This document shows, in pieces, positions 1 to 12,594 of a stretch of 64,000 nucleotides of DNA (position 1 is its first letter; each line of letters starts with the position of its first letter). The stretch comes from Octopus vulgaris (lineage: Eukaryota), in assembly GCA_951406725.2 (NCBI GenBank), contig OX597816.1:129518001-129582000 (forward strand), in the 5' to 3' direction. A model generated the notes under the pieces. The model was not told the DNA's origin. It worked only from the letters and a program-made list of their open reading frames with translations, and made no database searches. The translations under genes and the position numbers were made by a program.

Positions 1-455
1 GTGCAAGTTGACCTTGGTGGTATTGGAACTCTGAATGTAAAGGCAGTAGAAATGTCACTAAGCATTTTATCTGGCATGCTAATGATTCTGCTAGTTTACT
101 ACCTTTTTTAAAAGAATTTACTTCAGCAGGATTTGAATTCAGAATGTAGAGTTGCAATCCCATACCATTCCCAAACAACTCTACCAAATAGCTGCTTGTG
201 CATTTAACTACAATAATAATAATCCTTTCTACTATAGACACAAGGCCTGGAATCTTGCACGAGAGAGTTAGTTGATTATATTGACCTCAGTGTTCAACTG
301 GTACTTATTTCATCAACCATGAAAGGATAAAAAGCAAAGTCAACCATGGTGAGATTTGAACTCAAGATGTAAAATTGGGCAAAATGCCACTAAGCATTTT
401 ATCTGGTGTGCTAATGATTCTGCCAGCATGTCACTTTATTAATCTCCCCATATAA

Positions 456-652
456 CAGTGCTTTTCAAACTTTTTACTGGAGCGGAACCCCAAGGAAACA
501 TTCCACTGGCTCGAGGAACCCCTGTGCAATAATTTGTCTTATGCACACATATCTGCACAGGAGAATTAAAAATTACTGCCGATTTTAGCAGTTTTGTAAC
601 TTCTTGTGGAACCCCTGGACTGTACTGGCGGAACCCTGGTTGAAAACCACTG
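456..652. mobile_element. hAT (Charlie-like) MITE, 197 bp
   Basis: TIRs CAGTGCTTTTCAAAC / GGTTGAAAACCACTG; 8-bp TSD CCATATAA at 448-455 and 653-660. Confidence 0.9.
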
Positions 653-1480
653 CCATATAATAATGAGCACAGTGTTTTTATATATTTGTGTGTGTGTGTG
701 TATTTCCAAAATCACACTGTAGGAGTGACAGGAGAGGAGAGAAAATAGTAATTCAGTGAAGAAGTAGTAAGAGTAATAGCCACGACTGCGAGGGGGTAAG
801 AGAAAGTAATAGAAATGGGAGAGAGGAAGTGGCAAAGAGAGCATTGTGTATCTTCTACTATAATAATACTCTTGCATATTTCTCCGTCAAAACATATGAA
901 TGAGAAAGGAAGGGGTGATTCACTGATGGAAGTGGGATAGTGAAAAGTCAACAGTGAAACAAAAATCAAACAGCGCTTCAACTCTATGTGAGTATGAGTG
1001 TGTGCGTGTAAAAGAGAGGAATGTGTTTGTGTAAAATACATTTATATATTAGAGTGAGTGTATATGTGTTTGTGTGTGTTTTAGAAAGATACATAGAAAT
1101 AGAATTACACACATATACACATTTACACATATATTATATATATAAACAGATACACTTAAAAAGGAAGGAAGCAGCCTGTGACAAAGTATAGAAAACCGCG
1201 TTCACTACAGACTGTGCTATCATACGTATAAATGTATACATATGCACAGTTGAAACACTGTTTGATTTTTTTTTTTCACTTTCTTGTCCCCTTTTTACCT
1301 ATAAAATACTACAATTAGCTGTGATTTTTGATGGCACATAAGGATCAGCTCATAATATTAATAATAAAGAACTCTTATTTTGCTAAAGGAGTGCCTAAAA
1401 TTTGCATCTTTCTCTGTTTTTCAAAATTTCTCTTTGAATTTTTCTTTGGTTTGTCATTTCCTTTTAACTTTTAATTTCAG

Positions 1481-2053
1481 GTATTTTCAGAGAAAATGGG
1501 TTTAGAAGCTGGTTGGAATTGTCATATTTCTTTAGCATCACCACTAAAATCTGAGGAAATATTCATGCCAGGGACATCTCAGGGAGAATTATCTCATCGT
1601 ACATCAAAATATTCCAGTCGAGTCTCAAATGATACAATAGGGAGGGACTCTCATGGTTTGAATACTAAACTAAAGCATTACCAACAACAGCAGAACTTGC
1701 CCTTCAAGCAAAATCTTGGCAGTGGAATGCACAGTCGAAGTTTCAGTGCACCTAGTGTTATCAACCTCGACATGTATCTCGTCAAATTTGATGATAGTTC
1801 TTCTACCATTCAAACCAACTGCGATACCACATTTTGTACTAATCCTGAATTCCAAAAAGAAATGGAAAATGTTGAAAAAGATAGTCTCCTCAGGGACCCT
1901 TTAAATGACTCAGGTGAACTGTTGACTTCACAGACCAGTGCGTCTTCTGACGAATATAATAGTGAGGATGACCACTGTTCTGAAAGTCATCTAACGTCTA
2001 GTTGTGTTACTGATAACACAGAATTCAGCTTGCCAGGAGTTCTAGATAATCGG
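1481..2053 (+). CDS. TMEM94: TMEM94 exon (VFSEKMGLEAGWNCHISL...GVLDNR)
   Basis: tttcag acceptor at 1480; ORF 1496-2125; GC donor CGG|GCAAGT. Confidence 0.9.
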
Positions 2054-5000
2054 GCAAGTATTTCCTCTCTCTCCTGTTTTGCCTTTTTTTTTTTTTTTTT
2101 CATGAATTCTAAAATTCTAAAATAAAATTGGACGGTATTGTATTAATAGGTACAGGCATGACTATGGTAAGAAGTGTGCTTCCCAACCACATAGTTCCAG
2201 GTTCAGTCCCACTGTTGGCACAGCATCTTAGGCAAGTGTTTTCCACTATAGCCCCAGGCAAACCAAAGTCAAGTGAGTGGATTTAGTAGATGAAAACTGA
2301 AAGAAGCCTGTCATGTATATGTCTATATGTATGTGTGTATTTTTTGGTGTTTGTCCCGAACCACTTGACAACCACTGTTGGTTTGTTTATGTCCTCGTAA
2401 CCTAGCTATCTGAGAAAGAGAGACCACTAGACTAACTACCAGGTTTTGGAAAAAAGATAAGTACCGGGGTTAATTTGATCAAATAGAAAAAAGAACCATT
2501 CAAGGAAGTACCCCAGGATGGCCATAGTCTACAGGCTGAAATAAATAATAGATAGAAGATATGATATTCCTTTGTGTTCATCTAAATTGAGTTCATTCAC
2601 ATTTAATATTCAGCCATGTATTAATTAAAATGTTTTGCTACTTATAATTTTGTAACTCCTCTATGTAAACTATATATGTACGCATACTGAATTACAATAC
2701 AAACTAGATACACATTGCTTAAGTTTATTACTATGATAGTACTTTCTTAATGAGTATGACAATTCATTTATTGATAGATTACTACTGTTCTGTTTTCTTG
2801 ACATCAAAATCAAGGAAAAAAATATATTGAAAATCTTTAATTCCTTGCAAACACTTTCTGAAAATGGCACAATCTTGTTATGCGTGCTGTGTAGTGGCTA
2901 TTTCAAATCTGGTCATTTCATTTTTGCATGATGCTTGTTAATTAGTAAAAGAACATGTTTGTTATGAAAGAAATGTTTGTAAGCTGTTTTATTTGATGCA
3001 GTTGTGTGTTGGTGTTAGGAAGGGCATCCAACTGTAAAAATCCTGCCAAAACTGAAGTCTGGTGCAGGCTTCTGCCTGGCCAGCTCTTGTGAAACCATCC
3101 CATCCAATCTAGCATGGAAGGCAGACATTAAATGATGATTTATGTATTTGAAGCATGAGGAATAATCTATATAAAATATGAGAAACAAAGGAAAAATTTG
3201 TTAATATCATCACTTAACATTCACTTTCCATGTCAACATGGGTTAAAGAATTTGACAGGATCCAGTAAGTTGCAAGATTACATTGGGATCTAATGTCAGC
3301 TTTGGTATGGTTTCTATGGCTAGATGCCCTTCCTAATGCTAACAACTTTACAGAGTGTACTGAATGCCTTTTTCCATGCCATTGGCATTAGTGATTTTGC
3401 CAATCTGTCCCTCATTTGTGAAATATATAAAAAATAAAAAAATATTTTAAAATATTCATTTACTGTAATTTGTGGTAAGTTCTCTAAAATTAAGATTGTT
3501 CTACAATTTTCCCAAGTAGTGCTGATCTGATTTTAATTTCATATTTTTATCTAAAGCAAGATAATGGAAAAGAAAATGGAATAGCATTTATTTTGTTGTT
3601 TAAATCCTAGATTGACCTTGAACAAGCTGAAGTGGACACCTATCACTGAAGATGTGCATGAAATCATGTAATCTAGCAGTTCTGGCACCTATACTGGACA
3701 ATTCTTGTCCGCTAATGATATATGTATGTCTATTCTTAGAACTGTGCATCTGTATGAGAGGTTCTCTCAGGGCAAATATGTCAGTATTCTGTGTTCAAAG
3801 AATATGTCCCTATCAAATAGGATATAAAGACTACCATTTGGTGTTAATGCTGCTTCCATCACTAATATTTTATTTTTTTATAATACAAAGTATATCTAGG
3901 ACAACATTAGCTAATGTATTTCCCTTTTCTTGAGATTAGAATGAAACTTGGCTGTTATTTCTGACAAGTGACATGACTACATTAGCTTTTGTTATTTACT
4001 ATTATTTCAAGATTGTATTAAATACTAAAATAATATCAGAATTGGACAGGCTCTTTAATCTCTAAGGGTAGCCATGATATCCTTAAGTATTGGGAATGTA
4101 GCAAATAGTTCTACTTGAAAAAAACATAACAAACCTTGTAAGTGAAAACAACTATTAAGTGAAAGACAGGCATGAAATGATGATAACAGTTTTTTGCTTC
4201 AAGTTACAGTATTTTTCAAAGGAAAACTAAAATATCTTTAGTTGCTGTTTTAGAATAAAATATTGTCATCTAATTATAATATTTTCTTCTATAGGTACAA
4301 GGCCTCAAATTTTTGTGGAAGGAGGCTAGTTGATTACATCAAACTCAGTACTGGACTGGGACTTATTTCATTGATTCTGAAAGGATAAAAGGCAAAATTA
4401 ACTTTGGCAAAACTTAAACTCAGAACGTAAAGACTAACAAAATACTGTAAATCATTTTGCCCAATGTGCTAACAATTTTGTCAGCTCTCTTGCTATTCAT
4501 CTAGTTATAGAAATTAAACCTTTTGAGCGTTTGGATTTCAGAAATTTTAATACTCCAAGTTTAACTACTTGATAGATTTTGTTTCTTTTTAACATATTAA
4601 ATTGAATTTCAATGAACAAACTGTTCACTAATCCATGCTGATATCTGCCAACCAATAAATTCTCACACACAGTGAACAACAATATTCAGAACAGTAACTG
4701 GCATATTTATTCTTAATGTATTCTGACAGATTTGAAAATGAATATGCTAATCATTGTTGTGCTTGCCACTAGAGAACAGCTTCTCTTTCATGACAAATAA
4801 GTGTTCATAGCACATTCACTTCATTAGTTCAAGTGTTTCTGAGATACCAGTGTTTCAACATCTTATATCTCATCAGCCAGAAGCATCCCCAGACCAATAT
4901 TGTTTTTTTTTCATTTATCTCTTTTATTTTAATATTTTTTTAATGATGTTTACTTTTATACTGTTTAGTATTATATTGTCTGTTTGTTTTTTTTTTTTAA

Positions 5001-8000
5001 TTTGAGATTTCTTTTTATTCCAGGCCCAACTTCCAAGAGGTATTGAAAATATTCGGCCCCATCTTGAAAAAGTGGACAATGTGCCTTTACTTGTAAATCT
5101 TTTTACAGATTGTACTCCAGAAAGTTAGTTATTTTCTTTCACATTCTGCTTTTTCTTCATTACAAACTTTATTTCTTTCAGAATTTTAATTAAAACAAAA
5201 TATAAAGTTGTTTCAACAGTGAATCTTTGATTACTGTAAAAACTCATGTAACTTGTGCACCTGTGCAATTTACACAGGTGATTTTCAGGATGAAAATTGT
5301 TAAAAAAAGCTTCTATTTGTGTAAAATTCGCACCAAAAAGTTTTCAGAATTGCTAATATGGCCAGGGAAAAAAGGTTTTCAATTTAGTTGTATTTAGCAT
5401 AATTTCACTTACTTATGATTAAATTTTATTAAATTTTCATTAAATAAAAATAATTTCTGTTTCACAAGTATCCCATTGAAAACTATTAGATTACGAAGTG
5501 TTTCTGTTGTTTATAATAAACTTTATTTTACATTTCTTGCCCACAAGAGATTATGTCCGATCTGTAGCATACTTCTGTATGTCTTCTCAAATCATGATCA
5601 CAGGAAAATTTGTTGATAATTCTTATCAAAAAAACAAAGTTGATAAATGTGCACAAGTGTTGCAAAATAAGTTTAATTACCAATAAACATCAGCTTGGAT
5701 GACACTTTACTCAGCCAACAGAGGAAGGTGACCGATCAAACTGATTATGAAAACAGAATTCTGATTGGTCAAAATGACTTCTTGTCTCAAGCTCTGATTT
5801 TCTGCCTATTCTTGTCAAAACCTTTGATACAGAGTATCGAAATTTTAATCCCTTTCACACTTATAAAATGTTAAGCAAACTTTAAAATTTTATCATCACC
5901 GTTTTAGCCAGGAGACCAAACTGATAGTTTGGTAACCTGCTAAAATAAACATTAAAAATCGTAAGGAGAAAATAAACAGCTTTGGAAGTTTAACTTGGTG
6001 TTTATACTGAACAAGAGGTATGAAATTTAAGAAGCGACTTGTTAGAATATACACGTCTGTGAGGAGACATAAACAAGAATAGCAAAAATCTACTGTACCA
6101 AAAGAAATGATAATACATACATTGCAAGTGTTCTATGAACAGAACATAAGATTGCTGCATAATTCAACATGAATGTGAAACAACATTAAACATTGTATAA
6201 GGTAAATGAAGAGAGCTGATAGTGACGATATCGGTGGTGAGCAATTTCATTGTATCATAATGTAGAGAAAGTGAGCAAATAGCTTCCTGGTGCAAACACA
6301 AACTAGACTCCCTAAGCAGAGAAAAACTGATCTATTTAAGAAAATTGCTGGGCTCAATTGCGATAGGTAGAAACTCCAAGCAATGTAAAATATGGCCCAC
6401 ACCATTATTACTAGCATGAACATCAAACTTTAAAAAGTAGTTAACCATTTAATGGTTTTAGTAAATTTATACAGAAAAAGTAAGCATTATACTGTCCAGC
6501 ATAAATAAAGGTCAACTTCATTATACTTTTTCTGTAAAAACCTATTCTGACATTAAATGAGTCAACTTCCCATTTGAAAGTTTACATTTGTATGTCGTTT
6601 TTCTACAAAAAAAATTTCTAAAAAAAACTCTGGAAACGATCTACTCATGTAATTTACACCCCACACCTAAAGTTTTTTTTTTGTTTTCGCAAAAAAATGT
6701 GTGTAAATTATATGGGTTTTTTTATGGTAGCCAGTTGGCTCCTTCTTTGCATTCATTTGTCCAATGAGGCTGTCATTCATGAATGCTTATCATAAAAAAA
6801 AAAATCAACTAAAAATAAAGGTGTATTTAGTATTAGTGTAAGATATTGTTTAGTTAATACAGATGATATTTTAACTGATGTGGAGTAAGGATTTTCAGTA
6901 AGCTTTTTTTTTTTTTTTCATTTTTAACATGAAAGACATTTCAGCTTGAATAATCTGAAAGGGTTTTTTTTTTTTTTTTTTCCCCCACTTATCAGCCACT
7001 AAGGAGATGATTAAAATTATGCAGGAGTATGGAGAAGTAGTGTTGTGTGTTGGTAGTTCACTGAATGTCAAAAACACAGGAATTTTTTTGCAAGCTGATT
7101 GTGGGTAAGTTTTTTTTTTTGTTTTGTTTTTTGCTTTGTTTTTTTTTTGTATTTTTTTTAGTATTCTTTTTGTTTTGTTTTTACTTTTTGCTTAATTCTA
7201 TAAATGCAATACTTTAAAAAGGGAAAGTTATTAAACATTTGACTCTTTAGCAATTAAACTGGCTCTGGCCAAAATGTTGTTTTCTATTCAATCTGGCTGA
7301 ATCCAGCTTCTCACACTTACCCTACCATGTTATTCTAAAAATAAACAATCACATCATCAAAATCTTGTAGCTACAAGATATTGCACGATAAATTCAAAAC
7401 AATGTGAAGAAATAAACATATTTGACAGATTAATCTGAATGCTAAAAGGTTAAACTCTGCAAAAATTGTAATTAGCTGAATGACCATTCATTACACTAAC
7501 AGTGTTAGTGTGTATTATACATATATGTAGAGGGGGAGCAAATATAGATGTATTGTTACTCGTTTCAGCTGAGTGAATTCCATCAGCATGAAAAGAAATA
7601 GCACCACTCAGTCCCAGAATTGAACCCATGACTTCATGATTGTGAGCTCAACACTCCTAACCACCTTCATTGTATTATCTTTTGCTTATTGGACTAGTAT
7701 CTTCCAAAACTAGATCAGCTCTTGTGAAACTTGGGTAGTAACTGTGCATAAGCCCGTTTTGTACATGTCGGTGTGTGTGTTTGTGTATATATATATATAT
7801 ATATATCAGCGCCGCCTCGACTGGCTTCTGTGCCGGTGGCACATAAAAAGCACCATCCGAACGTGGCCGATGCCAGTGCCGGTGGCACGTTAAAAGCACC
7901 AACCAATCGTGGCCGATGCCAGACTACCCTGGCACCTGTGCAGGTGGCACGTATAAAGCACCCACTACACTTGCGGAGTGGTTGGTGTTAGGAAGGGCAT

Positions 8001-11000
8001 CCAGCTGTAGAAATACTGCCAGATCAGACTGGAGCCCTGGCTTCCCAGACCCCGGTCGAACCATCCAACCCGTGCTAGCGCGGAAAACGGACGTTAGGCG
8101 ATGATGATGATGATGATAAAAACAATGATAATAAGGATTATTACAAGGTGGCATAGTATTCAGAATTATCCAACGTAATATGTCTCTAAATTGTTATGAG
8201 AATATTACTGGATTTCTATATTAACTGTTGGATAACCTATTTTAAATACCTAACTGTGGGCAAACTGGTAAATATTTGGAGTAATCCCTTACTATTTACA
8301 CACACACACACACATATATGATGGGCTTCTTTCAGTCTCTGCCTATCAAATCCATTCACAAATCTTTAGTCATCCTGAGGCTATAGTAGAAGCCACTTGC
8401 CCAAGGTGTCACACAGTGGGACTGAACCTGGAGCCAGCTTTGTTTCTTCATAACTTTCAGAAAATTGGTATTTTTCCATGAAATTTTCTGCAAACGCCTA
8501 TCAAATTGTGTAGATTATGATTACATCAGAATTTGATATAAAGGAAAAAAATTGGTGGGATAGCACACATACTGATACACACCACATATATCTACAAAAT
8601 GACACTTAAAATTTCAAAAAATTGTGATCTGTGTCAGTATGTATGTGTACATGCTTACCATTTTACTTTCCACATCAGATTCCTATATAATCGTACCTCT
8701 GAAAAGTATTTGTAGAAGTCTTCATTTAAGAATACCCACTTTTCCAAAAGTTATGAAGAACAAAGCCAACTTGTGTGAATTTTCTGGAACTTCTCTTCCC
8801 TGCCTCAAAATTCCAATATAATTGGAATTTACAACAATATAATTGCAATCTACACCATTCCAAAGAGTATTTGTAGAAAATTTCATTTAAAAAAATATTC
8901 ATTTTCTGGAAGTTATGGGGAAACAAAGTAGTTGGACACATTTATGTATGTATGTCCATTGCTTTAACATAACAAATTCTAAGATTACATAGTTGTTATA
9001 TATTTACATATCAGCTTGCTTTGCTTGGCTTTAATTTTGTGTGTAACAATAATTATCTAACTGCATGTTATATATAAACAAAGAATATACTTCTTTCATG
9101 TGGTTTGAATCAAAAGGGTGACAACAATGTGAATGAGATGGACTCAGTTTTTCACTACACATAGATATTAATTGGGTAGCAGTATTTACGTTCTAGGGAG
9201 AGTCATTATGCCAATATCATTAGATACAAACATGAGGTTTTTACAATGATAGTATGTTTAGTAACATAGACAAACTAAAATGCATCATTGTGAATGTGTG
9301 AATTAATATGAAAATTTATTGACCTTGCCTTACAACCATTTTGGATTTGATAAAATAAGAACCAGCTGAGCACTGGGGTCAATGTAATTCACTTACACCC
9401 TCACTTGAAATTGCTGGCCTTGTATGTAAAGTAGAAAGGATTAGTATTATTATTTAGGCGGCAAGCTGGCATCTTTACATTCTGAGTTCCACCATGTCAA
9501 CTTTGCTTTTCATTCTTTCAGGGTTAATAAATAAGTACTAGTTGAGCCCTGAGTTTGATGTGGTCAACTTACCTGCTCTCTTGAAACTGCTGGCCCTGTG
9601 CCATAATATGAAATCATTATTATCACTATTATCATCACTATTATTATTATTATTATTCCAGATTGGCTATAGAGCCTCTATATCCACAACTCTGCCGTAA
9701 TGAGCCTCAAAATGTAGAACTGAAACCAGTCCACACTCATTTAACCCCTTTACATCTTGCTAGTTCGTTGATGTCCAGCCCTTGTCCATTGCTGTTTAGA
9801 AATTATGAAAATATCAGTCTCATCCAACTTATTGCTGAGGTAGGAGTTTTCACATTATGACTAAATACTTTAGGATTTAAATTTCAATTCACTTTCTACT
9901 ATTTGAGTAATAATCTGTTAAACCTGATATTATTCTCTCTCCTAAAGGCTCGTAATCATGTTTTATCAATGGGAAACTGCTTCCAATTCATGCTGTGCTG
10001 CCACCTGTCTTTGAGTCTTGTACAAGTGATGGCTACATTGTTCCTTCTACCACCACCAATCAGTGGGCATCAAATTTTGTGGCTCATCTTCATCGTTGTA
10101 CCACTGCTCAGTCTGGGTCTGATGGGCAATCCTGTTGACCCTCGTAACATGACTTTAGCCACTGCTAAGAACTGTGATCATATCAACAAACAAGTAAGTG
10201 TTTCTTCATTTATTATACTTTCTGATCTGTCTCTCTTTGTTATATAATCTAAGTGCCATGTCTAACAATATCAGTTTCAAATTTTGGCACAAGGCTTGTA
10301 GGTTTGAGAGAGAGGATAAATTGATTAAATCAACCTCAGTGTTCAACTGGTGCTTGTTTTATCAACTCTGAAAGAGTGAAAGGCAAAGTTGATCCTGGCA
10401 GAATTTGAGCTCAACATAAAGACATGAAATGTCACTATGCATTTTGCCTAGCATGCTAATGATTCTGCCAGCTTGCTGCCTTACCTTGTCTAGTAATATT
10501 AGTACAACATAAAATGTGTACATTACATTATCTCATCCTGTATTATTGTTAGTCATCCTTCAGGAAGCAGAGCTGCAAATGTGAGATTAACTTCTAGGGA
10601 ATGTGTGAGCCATGAAAGAGTTGTGATCCATATACCATGCATGTGAATCTTAATAAGAGGAAGGAGTGCCAAATGTGTTTGGTTTTACTTCTGTTGATAC
10701 ACAGAGATGAAAGATAACTTATTAATCCTGGGTTGGGTTGTTTAGTGTCATCTTCAGATGGAGAACTAGAATGCTGAGATAATTCAATGTAATATACTGT
10801 GAAAGAATTGGGTGGAGAGTCTGCAAGTGAAGTAGAGGTTGATTTATCACAAGTTGAAGGATTACTGCAGATCAGATTCATGCTAGTGGAGTGAGTAGTC
10901 ATGAGTTTGTTGCTTGATCCCTTAGGAAGGCTTATGGGAATGAGCAGCAGAAGAGCCTTCAAGAGCAGTGTAGTAGCTGACAAGAAATCTGATTGGCTCT

Positions 11001-12562
11001 GAGTAAAAAAAAAAAAAGGTAGGGGACAATGGTGGGGATTGGTAGAATGTCCTTAGAACATAGACTGAGACTTGAACAATTTTGGTCAGGTTACCTGGAT
11101 GAGAATGTATTTTGCAAGACCCGAAACACCCAGTCCTCCAGAATATAATAATGATCTGTCTAAGTATTCCATCTGTAAAAGTATAAAGAACTACACTGTC
11201 TTCTGTTTTTTTTTATATATTATTGTTGTTGTGTAATCTTAGTTCAGCCCTGATCAAGCAGACCTATGATTGAAAACATTCTATTTGTGACCATTATACA
11301 TTATTTTTAGAGAATGTATTTAAGACTAAATTATCCTTTTTTTTTTTTTCGTTAAATGATAGTGTGATTTGGTTGCTATATCCAACAAAATGAACAACTA
11401 CATTGGGGTCCCCTTGTAAGCGTGTTTATTTCTTTTATTTTCAAAACACAATTTTTCAAACTCTACCATTTATGTCACTTTTTTATTTGTAGATGCTGCT
11501 GCACTTCATGCTGTCCTTCATATTTAGATTTGTTCCTCCTGTAACAGTGGCACTCATTAGTTTTGCTTTGATCCTCTACTTTATCTGTGATAGAGTAGAA
11601 GGGATTTGTTATCCTTTTGATTTAAACCCTGAAGAGTAAGTTTCAAATTATCATTTATTAACCCTTTAACTGCAAAATTAAATTTCGTAGTTATTCCAGT
11701 AATTATGTTAAATATCTACCAAAAAATAGAATTGATATTTTCTGCAAGTCATGTTGCTTTAATAAACTTGAGTTTCAAATATGACATTCTTCAACAAAAG
11801 ATAGATTGGTATATATGATTGCTTTCTGCAGTTAAGAGTAATGAAATTTTGAGTAGATATATTTGGTTTCTGAAGCAAAAGGGTTAAATACTTCAAAATG
11901 TGTATCCTCTAAAAATCAGTATTTGTTTCCATATCTAACTTTCTATACATTACAAATATTTTATAATGTAATTAACCACTGGAACTATATAAGGGCCTGT
12001 GATGAAAGACTGGAGCACATTCACTTGTATGTCTGCTTGTTCAAATAGAAGCACAATTGGCTTTGAGATCAAAATACTCAGACAGACAGTAATGTAATTT
12101 CAAATTTTGCTACAATCATAGTGCTGTATTTTTAGGCATTTAACTTCATAGTCTTCTTTTCTCAATCTATTTCTTGTACAGTTAGTAGCAGAAAGGATAT
12201 CTTGCTGTAAAATTATTTGCTATAACACATTGCAAATATTGAAATCTGGAAATCAGTACCACCCATGTTAAAACAACAGCAGAGATGTAGTCTAAATTTA
12301 ATTCTTTGCTTTCTTTTTTGTTTCTTGTGTGTGTGTGTATATATATATATGGTTAATTCAAATGAACAAACAATAAAATTAACAAAAATAGACAAGAGGA
12401 TGTACACTAGGAATATATTAGTTTGACATTCAGTGAAAAGATATTTTGATATTTCAAGCACATAGCTCTTTGTCAGAAAGGAAAAAGGGAAAAGTTCGAA
12501 GACGGAAAAGAAATCGGCAACAGCATGTGTGTAGTTATATTGCTGAAGTGTGTGCGTATGTA

Positions 12563-12594
<32 letters not shown>

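Noticed and set aside
3646-3675. CTGAAGA...GAAA-TCATG-TA hammerhead-like string
   Set aside because: Flanks cannot form stem I and stem II is marginal
10594-10983. 129-aa ORF on -
   Set aside because: No coherent protein; at most a very decayed LINE RT remnant (HIWHSFLL), too weak to call
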